This document shows positions 40,184 to 48,953 of a DNA stretch of 53,862 nucleotides, piece by piece. This stretch comes from an uncultured Clostridium sp. (GTDB taxonomy: Bacteria; Bacillota; Clostridia; Oscillospirales; CAG-272). Where the stretch lies: the NCBI GenBank assembly GCA_964567085.1, contig CAZMKU010000001.1:1-53862 (forward strand), read 5' to 3'. Under the pieces are notes generated by a model. The model saw only the letters and a list, made by a program, of their open reading frames with translations, had not been told where the DNA came from and searched no databases. Numbering within the stretch: position 1 is the first letter of the stretch; each line of letters starts with the position of its first letter. Made by a program: the position numbers and the translations under genes.

Positions 40184-40231
40184 AAGCACTTATGACAAAC
40201 GATTTGTTCGTTATCATAAGTGCTTTTTTAT
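40184..40231. terminator. bidirectional terminator between the SpoVB-like gene and the convergent surface-protein operon
   Basis: 12-bp stem AAGCACTTATGA / TCATAAGTGCTT. TTTTATT follows on the plus strand and TTTGTATT on the minus strand. Confidence 0.8.
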
Positions 40232-40266
40232 TATGGCGCTTGCTATGGTAGCAATAGCTTTTAATT

Positions 40267-41538
40267 TTAATGCTTTCTCTTCTTAATAGTAACAGCTCCT
40301 GCGAGAACGATAGAAACCATTATCGCCGCGCCGGCCGAGAGAGTGCTTCCGCAGCCTGACTTGCCCTCAAGCTTGGGAATAACCTGCTGTGCCTCAACCA
40401 TAACGCCGCAAACCGAGCATTTCTTGCCGTCTGTCAAGCCGTCGGCATCCGCTGTTGCTTCAACTCCGCTTACGACCTGAAGCTCACCGTGAGACGCGGG
40501 AATTGTCTGCTGCGCAACGATCCAAGCGTCGCATACAGAGCACTGCTTACCGTCGGTAAGACCGTCGGTCGTGCAAGTAGCGGCGATACCGTTTACGTCA
40601 ACAGAGGTGTGATCAATCATAGGAATTTCGGTCTGTTCAACTATCCAGGCATCACACACCGAGCACTGTTCTCCGTCTGTCAAGCCCGTAGCCGAGCAAG
40701 TAGCCGCGTATCCCGCAACGTCTTCCGCGTGATGCTCGATCATAGGTATCTCAACTCTATCGTACAACACCTCGGAACAAACAGAGCAGATCGTTGCGCC
40801 AAGATATCCTGCCTCGGAGCAGCTTGTCTGCTTGTCATCCTCTCTTACGGGAGTATGACCCGCGGGAGCGTCACCCGTCTTATCAACAGTCGCCAAGCAA
40901 TCCGCGCAAGTATAATGGTTAACACCGTATTCATCGCAGGTAGGTTCAGTCTTGCCCGTAAGCTCGTAATTATGATTTACAAAAACGTTCTGCGCAAGGG
41001 ACTCTGCTATTGCCTGCTTATTTGCGCTCGTCAAGAGCTCCTTGGGGCGTATAGAATTCTCCTGAGCCTTCAGTACATGAATAGTTCCAAGAGTAAATCT
41101 GATCTCCTTGCAGGTCGCTTCATTGACAATGAACTTGATCGTAGCCTTTCCCGTGCCTGTGGTTGTACTGTCATTGGAAGCGGATACGCGATTAAAGGTG
41201 ATCTCACCGTCGGTTACCACCGACACGTTCAAGTCGCCCATCAGCTTATTTTCAACTACCAGCTCACCCTTACCGTTTAAAACGGGAGTGAGCAGCTCGG
41301 GGTCGTATATAATATTTGTCTGAAAAGAATCAAGACCGGGATTTGAGATAATCGAAACAGTCAACTCAATCTCATCGCCAGACTCAACGTATAAAAGTCC
41401 GTCTTTAGAAATAGCAGTGGAAGAAGAGACTCCCACTGCTATTTCTAACTGACCTTCGTCGGCAGAAATATTAATTACTGCCGCCAGTGAGATTAAGAGA
41501 ACCGCAACGAAAACTGTAAGTATTCGTCTGAGCTTCAC
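40267..41538 (-). CDS. membrane-anchored surface protein: signal peptide, cohesin-like domain, five Cys/His mini-modules, C-terminal TM anchor
   Basis: The ORF is 423 aa. A GTG start has a GAGGTG RBS 5 nt upstream. The cohesin-like pattern is GDEIELTVSIISNPGLDSFQTNIIYDPELL. Repeats include ATCTTDGLTDGKQCSVCDAWIV. The tail is AAIMVSIVLAGAVTIKKRKH. Confidence 0.85.
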   Translation of the reverse strand: MKLRRILTVFVAVLLISLAAVINISADEGQLEIAVGVSSSTAISKDGLLYVESGDEIELTVSIISNPGLDSFQTNIIYDPELLTPVLNGKGELVVENKLMGDLNVSVVTDGEITFNRVSASNDSTTTGTGKATIKFIVNEATCKEIRFTLGTIHVLKAQENSIRPKELLTSANKQAIAESLAQNVFVNHNYELTGKTEPTCDEYGVNHYTCADCLATVDKTGDAPAGHTPVREDDKQTSCSEAGYLGATICSVCSEVLYDRVEIPMIEHHAEDVAGYAATCSATGLTDGEQCSVCDAWIVEQTEIPMIDHTSVDVNGIAATCTTDGLTDGKQCSVCDAWIVAQQTIPASHGELQVVSGVEATADADGLTDGKKCSVCGVMVEAQQVIPKLEGKSGCGSTLSAGAAIMVSIVLAGAVTIKKRKH

Positions 41539-41560
41539 TTTATCACCTCGTCATATTTAA

Positions 41561-44500
41561 TTAATTACCGGCAATTGCCTCGTACAATGCGCTATTGAAA
41601 ACGTCATCAACGTTTACCAAGCTCTTAAGGATCTCGTAGTCAACAACTGTGATGCTACCGTCCTTGTCAAGGTCAAGCACAACGTCGTATGTTTCATCAA
41701 GCTTACCGTTGATCATCTGCTTAATAGCGAGAAGCTCTGCGCCGTTAACAGCGCCGTCCTTGATGTAATCACCGAGAACCTTGGATGTGAATGTCAAAGC
41801 TTCTGCATCGAAGGAAGCGAACTTTGTGATGTCAACGATATCAGCATCCTCAACAAGCCATACGTTCTGCTTCGTGCCGAATGTGAAGGAAGCCGCGCCA
41901 ACGTTAGCGTCATCCTTAACCATGAAGTAAACTGTTGCAAGAACTGCGCCTTCTGCATCCTCACCAACTGTATTTACGAATGTGTAAGCTACGTCGGAAT
42001 TCTGAGGAACACCTGCGGAGATGCTAACCACGCCTTCGTTAGAAACAACGGACTCAATAACGAGGTTATCAATACCTGTTGTCATATCAGAGCCGAAGTA
42101 TACAACGTTATTGTTGAACGAGAAGGAGACGTCAAGCTGGCTGAAGTGGAAGTCCTTGTTGCCGTAAACGAGAACGTCAACCGCGATCCATGTGCCGTTA
42201 GCTGTTTCCTTTCTGTCAGACTTTGTAAAGCCTGTGAACTTGCCATCCTCGTCGAATGTGGGATATACTACGCTGTAGTCAAGCTCAAATTCGATACCGC
42301 CTGCCAAGGGTGTGTTAACAACGATCGTTTCATCGCAGTGAGGACACTTGTACGTGTCAACACCGTACGTTGTGGGAGTAGCATCAACGGAGTCAACAAG
42401 GTTGCCCATGATAGCTGCCTTGTGCTCTTCCTCTGTCCAAGGACCTCTTACTACTTCCATAGCAAGCTGAGTGTTACAGTCAACACATGTGTTGATGTGA
42501 ATTTCGCTTGTCTGGCATGTTGCGTTTGTAATCTGCTCGTCGAATCTGTGAACGAAATCAATGTCCTTATCGCATACTACGCAGTGACGGTCGTTGTCAA
42601 GAACGTCAGCCGCGCACTTGTCTGTGTCAAGGAACTTGTCGCCTGCAGCGTTGAAGTGACCTGTTGCGAGAATTACTTCGCCCTCAACGAGTGTGCTCTC
42701 GTCGCCGCATCTGTCACAGATCTTGTCGGAATACTTACCGTCAGTTGTGCACGTTGCGTCAACGCCCGTGCCGTTTTCAACTACGTTGTGTCCGAGAGGA
42801 GCGATATATTCTTCAAGAGCGAACGTATCAGCACCGTTACATGCTGTGCATACGGAGTACTTGAAGCTGGGAGTTGTACATGTAGCGGGCGCCGTCTGGA
42901 GCGTTACTACCGTACCCTCGTGATTTGTTGCGGGAATAAGTGCTGCCGCAGCTGCTTCTGCGATCTCTACCGTTGTAGAGCAGCAAGCCTTATATGTGTA
43001 GCCTGCCGTACCTGCCTCGTGGCACGTAGGAGCTACGGGCTTAACGGTTACTACCGTGCAAGGAACGCAGGAGAGAACCTCCCAAGTACCGTCGGGAGTG
43101 TGACCGAGGTCACAATCTGTGCAGTACTCGTGATATGTCCAACCCTCAATACCCAAGCTTTCGCAAGAGGGAGCCTGAGCGTCAGCTCTCATATTATGAG
43201 AAGCCTTGATATCAGAACCGATCTTTTCGCCTTCGTACGTGGAATCGATATATTCTGTGTAGCTGCAAATGTTACATACGTAACCGCCAACCGTACCTGT
43301 CTGGCAGATGTTGGATACGTGTTCAACGTATGTCCAGTTGTCTGTAGAAACGTTCTTGTCCGTGTATGCTGCAACGTAAACGAGCTCGCCGTCTTCAATC
43401 GCAATATAACCGTGACCCTTTGTCGTATCGTATTCTACTGTGTATGTGTATGTCTTACCGCAGTCTGCGCACTTCTTAGCGTATACGCCTGAAACGTTAC
43501 CGCAGTTAGCCTGTGTTACAACGGATGTGTAACCTGCGCTGAGGTCGTGAGAGGATTCGGATTCGGAATCGATCTCTACGAATGAGCCGTCAACAACGTA
43601 GTCGTCGCTACAGTCGGAGCAGATCATTTCCGTGTAACCTGCGTTTACACAGTTCATTTCGTGAACTACGGGCTGGTAGTTGTGAGCAAGAGCGATCGTG
43701 TCACCAACCTTCTTGTCAGCATATTCAGCTACAAGAACTTCTTCTGTGTTACAGATCAAGCAGATGTAACCACCTACCGTGCCTTCAACACACTTGTTAT
43801 CAACGTGAGCAACGTATGTCCACGTACCGTCAACGGAAGCGTTCTTGTCTTCGCCGTGAGCGGAAACGTAAACGAGCTGGTTGTCAACAACCTCAAGAGT
43901 ACCGTGACCCTTTGTTGTATCGTATGTTACTTCATCAGTAAATGCCTTTGTTTCGCAGTGTTCACACATCTTTACGTAAACGCCTGCGGGAGTGTTACAG
44001 CTTGCAACTGTTGTTGCAGACCAGTAACCAACGAAGGAGTGAGCCTCAGCAAGAGCCGTGTTGATTGCCACTCTGGAGCCTTCTACCTCGTACGTATCCT
44101 GGCAGTCAGCACAAACCATGTTTGTGTAACCCTCGGATGTACATGTCATTACGTGTACGTCTTCCTCGTAAGCGTGAGAAGCAGCGATCTCAGCGCCAAC
44201 CTTCTGGTCTGCGTATGCTTCTTCGATAACTTCTTCTGCCTTACAAATTTCGCAGATGTAACCGCCAACCGTACCTGTCTGGCAGATGTTGGATACGTGT
44301 TCAACGTATGTCCAGTTTTCCGTGGAAACGTTCTTGTCTTCGCCGTGAGCGAAAGTGTAAACGAGCTGGTGGTCGGTAACCTCAATAATACCGTGACCCT
44401 TCGTTATATCGTATTCAACCTCTTCCGTGTAATCTGTCGTGTCACAGTTGTCACACTTCTTTACGTAAACGCCCTTAAGGTTTGCACAGCTTGCAGTCGT

Positions 44501-47257
44501 TTCCGCATACAAGTAAGAGCCTGTGAAGGAGTGACCCGTTGTAGGAATAATTTCCTTTTCAACGTATTCGCATCCATCGTTTACACAAGTCCAGCCGTTA
44601 TAACCGTCAGCCGTACACGTGGGATCTACGTGAACGTCGGTTTCTTCATTGAAGCTATGACCTGTAGCCTTTGTTGTTTCTGTTATTGTATCACCACAGC
44701 CCTCAACGCTACATACGAGAGTTGTGATACCGTCTTCCGTACATGTAGCCGTCGTGCCTGTAGCAACGTGAGTATGAGCAACCGTGGGAACAACCGTGGA
44801 GGACTGCTCACCACCGCATCTTGTGCACTCGTAGTATTCCGTACCCGTTGCGATACAGCTGGGAATATCCTCGAATACCTTTTCTACGTTATGACCAAGC
44901 GCTTCGATAATAACGTCCGCGCCGATCTGTACGCCGCAACCTTCAGTTGTACAATAGTATCTTCCAATACCCGTCGCCGTGCAACTGGGTTCTACGTCAA
45001 CCTTGTATTCACCTGCGCCGTCATTGGAGTGACCCGTTGCAGCAACAGACTGTGTTCTTATCTGCTTATCACATTCCGTACAGTAGATCACAGCTACGCC
45101 CTCGTTTGTACACGTGGGCTCTGTTGTAGTTACGGGGTCATCTTCTGTATGGCCTACAGCCTGGAGGACTTGAGTTTCAATAACGTGAGTACAATCATCG
45201 TATCCGCATACCCACTGAGCAGAGCCGTCTGCTTCACAGGTAGGATCCTGCTTTGTTGTGGGCTCCTCGAGCTTGAGATGCTCGCGCTTTGTTACAGTAA
45301 TCGTAAGAACGTCGGGATACGTTGTATTGAATTCGGATTCTGTCATCCAGATATCCGTGGGAGTACCGTCAAGAGTATATGCAGAGTATTCTGCAGCAGT
45401 CTTACCGTTGGGAATAACCATGATCACTACTTCGCACTCTGTGCATGTAGCAAATGCCCAGCCGTTTGCAAAGCATGTAGCTGCAGAGGACTTAACGATG
45501 GAGAATGTACCGCAGTGCTTCGTGGAGGCGATCTCACCAACCTCGATGTGATCGTCAACAACCGCGTCGCACCACTTACAAATGGACTTGCGGATTTCGG
45601 GAGACATGCAGTTTGCCTCGCTAACGAGAACTGTTTCTTCCTTAGCTACGCAAGGAACAACGGAAAGCACGGAACCGGGCTTCACGTAATCGCAGCCGTC
45701 AACCTCACAGATGCTGTTAGCCTTGTAGCCAACCGTCTGACACGTGGGAGCGATCTCTTCCGTGTTGTACTGGTGACCTGCAGCGGGAATTTCCTCGGGC
45801 TCAACCACAACGATGCCGCACTCCGTACACTTTGTGCCGGACGTATAACCAACCGTCGTACACGTGGGGAACGTAGCCGCCTGAACACCCTTATGATAAC
45901 CCAAAGCGCTGTGAGCCGCTACCAGCTCAGCGTTGGAAATCGTTTCCTGAGGAACCGTTACCGTGTCACAGTCCACACACTTCTGACCTGCTGTAAGACC
46001 GTCAGCCTTACATGTGGGATCAACCGCGGGAAGAGCAGTAATACCCGTGTGAGCCGTCGCCGCCTCAGACTCCGTTACCGTGTTAGAGCAGAACTTACAG
46101 GTCTTAACCGTAACGATCGTCTCTACGCAATCTTCAATCGTAGAAGCCACGCTGGTGATCTCGTGATCGTGACCCTGCGTCGTGTAAACCGTGTGCTCGC
46201 AGCCTGCGTGCTGGCACTCGGAGATCATATTGTTTTCAACTCCGCAAGCATAGTTGAGAAGTCTTACGGGCGCGGACATATTGTGATCCTCTGTTGCATA
46301 TACAACGTGATCACAGCCATCGTTCTGACAAACGGACTTCATATTGTCCTCAACCGTGCAGCCCATACCTTCGATTCTTACGAACTCGGACATATTGTGA
46401 CCCGTAGCATCAACCACTAGAGTTGTGAGGTCACCGATTCTGCCCGCGTTACCCTGAGTATTAGCTTCGCTGAAGTTGTTGCCGCACATCGTACAAACGT
46501 GATATTCCTGCATACCCGTTTCAAGGCAAGTGGGAGCCACCGCGGGAACTACGTATGTAATGTGCTGACGTGTAGCCTTGATAGTTACGTTTTCCTGAAC
46601 CGCCGTACAAGCAATGCCGGACTCGTGAACAGCCACGCACTTGAACGTAACCTGACCTGCAGCGTTACACTTGGGCGCAACGTAAGTATCGTCGAATACA
46701 GGCTGGTAGTTATGATACGTCTCGTGCCACTCAACGCTTTCAACGTGACCGCAAGCGAGACACTCTCTGCTCATATCAAGGTCTGTACACTGATAGTCAG
46801 TCGTTACAGTCCATTCTGTGAACTTATGACCAAGAGCCGGGAGCGCGAACGCCTCAGAGCCGCCCTCAACTACGTTGCCTTCCGTATCGGCAACAGCGTC
46901 ACAAGCCGCAGACTTGCATACCTTGTAAGCAGCGTTACCTGCTGTTGTACATGTAGGTGCCACCGCGGGAACGTCCTCCCATACGTGGTCGCCTGCCTCG
47001 GGGCCAACGATGGAATCGCTGAGAATATGAACCTCATCGCATCCCTCAACCTGGCACTCGAAGTAAGTATAGCCGTTCTTGCCGTTCACATGGTCAGGTG
47101 CAACCACGTGAGGCTCGCCGCTAAAATCGCATACGTGCGAATCAGAAGCTGTATCGTCGCTTCCTGTCGCGAATGCGGGAACGTAAACAACACTAAGAGT
47201 CATCATCAACGCAAGGATCAATGCGAGAGTTCTCTTAGAAAAAATTATACGTTTCAT
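41561..47257 (-). CDS. giant secreted protein: more than 35 Cys/His mini-modules plus a C-terminal cohesin-like domain and dockerin-like repeats
   Basis: The ORF is 1,898 aa with a signal peptide ending ...VPAFA|TG. Recurrent PTCxxxG...CxxC...GH modules fill most of it. The C-terminus has DLDKDGSITVVDYEILKSLV (an EF-hand-like dockerin segment) preceded by GDYIKDGAVNGAELLAIKQMI. Confidence 0.9.
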   Translation of the reverse strand: MKRIIFSKRTLALILALMMTLSVVYVPAFATGSDDTASDSHVCDFSGEPHVVAPDHVNGKNGYTYFECQVEGCDEVHILSDSIVGPEAGDHVWEDVPAVAPTCTTAGNAAYKVCKSAACDAVADTEGNVVEGGSEAFALPALGHKFTEWTVTTDYQCTDLDMSRECLACGHVESVEWHETYHNYQPVFDDTYVAPKCNAAGQVTFKCVAVHESGIACTAVQENVTIKATRQHITYVVPAVAPTCLETGMQEYHVCTMCGNNFSEANTQGNAGRIGDLTTLVVDATGHNMSEFVRIEGMGCTVEDNMKSVCQNDGCDHVVYATEDHNMSAPVRLLNYACGVENNMISECQHAGCEHTVYTTQGHDHEITSVASTIEDCVETIVTVKTCKFCSNTVTESEAATAHTGITALPAVDPTCKADGLTAGQKCVDCDTVTVPQETISNAELVAAHSALGYHKGVQAATFPTCTTVGYTSGTKCTECGIVVVEPEEIPAAGHQYNTEEIAPTCQTVGYKANSICEVDGCDYVKPGSVLSVVPCVAKEETVLVSEANCMSPEIRKSICKWCDAVVDDHIEVGEIASTKHCGTFSIVKSSAATCFANGWAFATCTECEVVIMVIPNGKTAAEYSAYTLDGTPTDIWMTESEFNTTYPDVLTITVTKREHLKLEEPTTKQDPTCEADGSAQWVCGYDDCTHVIETQVLQAVGHTEDDPVTTTEPTCTNEGVAVIYCTECDKQIRTQSVAATGHSNDGAGEYKVDVEPSCTATGIGRYYCTTEGCGVQIGADVIIEALGHNVEKVFEDIPSCIATGTEYYECTRCGGEQSSTVVPTVAHTHVATGTTATCTEDGITTLVCSVEGCGDTITETTKATGHSFNEETDVHVDPTCTADGYNGWTCVNDGCEYVEKEIIPTTGHSFTGSYLYAETTASCANLKGVYVKKCDNCDTTDYTEEVEYDITKGHGIIEVTDHQLVYTFAHGEDKNVSTENWTYVEHVSNICQTGTVGGYICEICKAEEVIEEAYADQKVGAEIAASHAYEEDVHVMTCTSEGYTNMVCADCQDTYEVEGSRVAINTALAEAHSFVGYWSATTVASCNTPAGVYVKMCEHCETKAFTDEVTYDTTKGHGTLEVVDNQLVYVSAHGEDKNASVDGTWTYVAHVDNKCVEGTVGGYICLICNTEEVLVAEYADKKVGDTIALAHNYQPVVHEMNCVNAGYTEMICSDCSDDYVVDGSFVEIDSESESSHDLSAGYTSVVTQANCGNVSGVYAKKCADCGKTYTYTVEYDTTKGHGYIAIEDGELVYVAAYTDKNVSTDNWTYVEHVSNICQTGTVGGYVCNICSYTEYIDSTYEGEKIGSDIKASHNMRADAQAPSCESLGIEGWTYHEYCTDCDLGHTPDGTWEVLSCVPCTVVTVKPVAPTCHEAGTAGYTYKACCSTTVEIAEAAAAALIPATNHEGTVVTLQTAPATCTTPSFKYSVCTACNGADTFALEEYIAPLGHNVVENGTGVDATCTTDGKYSDKICDRCGDESTLVEGEVILATGHFNAAGDKFLDTDKCAADVLDNDRHCVVCDKDIDFVHRFDEQITNATCQTSEIHINTCVDCNTQLAMEVVRGPWTEEEHKAAIMGNLVDSVDATPTTYGVDTYKCPHCDETIVVNTPLAGGIEFELDYSVVYPTFDEDGKFTGFTKSDRKETANGTWIAVDVLVYGNKDFHFSQLDVSFSFNNNVVYFGSDMTTGIDNLVIESVVSNEGVVSISAGVPQNSDVAYTFVNTVGEDAEGAVLATVYFMVKDDANVGAASFTFGTKQNVWLVEDADIVDITKFASFDAEALTFTSKVLGDYIKDGAVNGAELLAIKQMINGKLDETYDVVLDLDKDGSITVVDYEILKSLVNVDDVFNSALYEAIAGN
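43100..44530 (-). repeat. intragenic tandem triplication (unit about 486-492 bp, 163 aa) inside the giant protein gene
   Basis: An identical 60-bp segment (gtaaccgccaaccgtacctgtctggcagatgttggatacgtgttcaacgtatgtccagtt) occurs at 43280-43339 and 44258-44317. A diverged middle copy starts at 43766. The protein repeats share ...YD[IT]TKGHG...NWTYVEHVSNICQTGTVGGY... Confidence 0.85.
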
Positions 47258-47878
47258 CCTTATTTTTCCTCCAAAAATAATTTAGTATTTGAGCAAAAAA
47301 GTACAAATAGAGACAATTTGGACATAGTTACCCATACTTATTTGACTCATTATAACATATAAAAATGCCTTTGTCAATAGATTTGGAAATTTTTAAGCAA
47401 AAATTTTACTATTTTTTTATTAAAAATTTTCATATGCCGACAAAGGTATTCAACGACGCCTCAAGAGGCGAAAAGAGCCGTTTTTCGCCTCTCCGCCGCC
47501 CCGAAATCAGCGAAACCCTTCATTTTTTAAATATATGCGCGCGCACGTAAAGAATTGACGGGAAGCAGAGGTGTTTTTGAACCGTCCTTGCCCTCGCGAG
47601 CAGCAAAATTTACCCCGAAGCAGCGCTCGATCAAGCCCGCGCGCGAGCTTAATGAAATTTAATCATAAATTAAAGGTTTATTTTTAAACCTATTGTTTAT
47701 ACAATTTCCCCGCTTGATTATTTTTTCAAAAGCAGGTATATTCCCAGAAAAAATCACAAATAATAGCAATACAGACCAAAGCTTGTTCCTTGCAAAAACG
47801 CGCGAGGAGCAGGAAATGCTCTACTGACGGGCCGCGATCGCGGCTCTTACAATAAAACGGAAAAAGGATGTTATATAT

Positions 47879-48424
47879 ATGAAAGCTACAGGAATAGTCA
47901 GAAGGATAGACGATCTCGGACGCGTCGTTATCCCCAAGGAGATCAGAAGAACCATGAGGATCCGCGAGGGCGACCCTCTTGAAATTTTTACAGACCGCGA
48001 CGGAGAAGTAATTTTCAAAAAATACTCACCCATCGGCGAGCTCGGAGCGTTTTCAGCTCAATACGCCGAGACTCTGCACAAGACCTGCGACCTGTCGGTC
48101 ATCATCTGCGACCGCGACAGCGTAGTTGCCTCCGCGGGCGTATCCAAAAAGGAATACAATGATCGCTCGCTCTCGGATGAGCTTGATGCGATAGCGGACG
48201 GCAGAAGCCTATACGTCCACCGCACGGGCGACGAGAGGATACCGCCCCTGCGCGACGGCGGCAGCCACCACGTCAGCTGCGCTATGCCCATCATCTGCGA
48301 GGGCGATATCGTGGGCATCGTGGCGTCGCTCACACAGGGCGGAGCCGACAGAACTCCCGAGGCGGTGGAGACAAAGCTCATTCAGACCGCGGCGAGCTTC
48401 CTCGGCAAGCAGATGGAGAGCTAA
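47879..48424 (+). CDS. spoVT: stage V sporulation protein T (AbrB-type N-terminal domain plus GAF-like C-terminal domain)
   Basis: The ORF is 181 aa. MKATGIVRRIDDLGRVVIPKEIRRTMRIREGDPLEIFTDRDGEVIFKKYSP is nearly identical to the B. subtilis SpoVT N-terminus as I remember it. The C-terminus ends ...ETKLIQTAASFLGKQME. Confidence 0.92.
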   Translation: MKATGIVRRIDDLGRVVIPKEIRRTMRIREGDPLEIFTDRDGEVIFKKYSPIGELGAFSAQYAETLHKTCDLSVIICDRDSVVASAGVSKKEYNDRSLSDELDAIADGRSLYVHRTGDERIPPLRDGGSHHVSCAMPIICEGDIVGIVASLTQGGADRTPEAVETKLIQTAASFLGKQMES

Positions 48425-48920
48425 AGCGCGTGACGTCCCCGTCGGACGGTAACGCGTCGAGTCGGCAAAGCCGACGTATCGGCAGAAAAAGGCAAGGACA
48501 AAAATAAATGCGCGTTATCCTTAAAGGAGAACGCGCTAAAACCAAGGTTGCCATATGGACAGGTGAAGTTATCTTCGATAGTGAAGCTCACTTGGTGAGT
48601 GAGGTTTCGCCTGACGGCGAAGTTATGGGCAAGCTTAACTTCACTTGTGCGTAGCGTATACTAACGGGGGGAGCAAGAGCCTCCCCTGTATAAAGAGAGG
48701 TGGCTCGCATAGCGAGACGGAGGTAATGTAGCCTTCGGCAATGATATTGTGCCTACGGCGCGGTGGGCAAACATCACATCATTTTGCGCTGACAGCGCAA
48801 CACATCACTGCGCGCAAGCACAACATCATTATGAGCGAAGCGAATAACATCACTTCTTTACCATCCGAAAACAAAATATGGTATAACACACTATACCTTG
48901 CAGGGCAAGGAGGTGTGCAA
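48425..48920 (+). ncRNA. candidate large structured non-coding RNA or structured spoVT 3' extension (family not recognised)
   Basis: There is no credible ORF. GC is about 50% by hand count, against roughly 25-30% in other spacers. At least 12 short GC-rich hairpins are present, plus a 9-bp long-range helix (48563-48571 with 48636-48644) enclosing three hairpins. It ends at the terminator at 48919-48953. The strand is assumed from spoVT read-through. Confidence 0.4.
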
Positions 48921-48953
48921 AAAGGACGAGAAAAATCTCGTCCTTTTGATTTT
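48919..48953. terminator. bidirectional rho-independent terminator
   Basis: GGACGAG-AAAAAT-CTCGTCC is flanked by AAAAA and TTTTGATTTT. It can serve both the plus-strand spoVT/ncRNA unit and the convergent lipoprotein gene. Confidence 0.8.

Noticed and set aside
43661-46420. 919-aa plus-strand ORF antisense to the giant surface protein gene
   Set aside because: It is codon-aligned antisense to an obviously real gene that has a signal peptide and coherent repeats. The product is Arg/Cys/Val-rich low-complexity sequence with no RBS. It is explained by avoidance of TTA/CTA/TCA codons in the sense gene.
41561-47257. Possibility that the Cys/His-rich giant protein is a multihaem cytochrome
   Set aside because: None of the many CxxC pairs is followed by His. 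I found no CxxCH. The closest is CLACGH, which is CxxCGH. The conserved His belongs to a separate GH motif.
47365-47550. 61-aa ORF in the spoVT upstream spacer
   Set aside because: It has no RBS. An AT-rich low-complexity start (FYYFFIKNF) runs into the GC-rich island. It is more likely non-coding.
48425-48953. Identification of the structured region as RNase P RNA, tmRNA, SRP/4.5S RNA, 6S RNA, a tRNA, a T-box or a group II intron
   Set aside because: I could not find the signature elements. There is no GAGGAAAGUCC-type P4 core and no tRNA-like 3' end with a GGUUCGA T-loop and ACCA. There is no GGAAGCAGCC SRP domain IV. There is no domain V-like hairpin, despite a chance GUGCG at 48647. There is no downstream gene for a cis-regulator. 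A single AYGGAY match at 48554 is not enough for the TwoAYGGAY motif.
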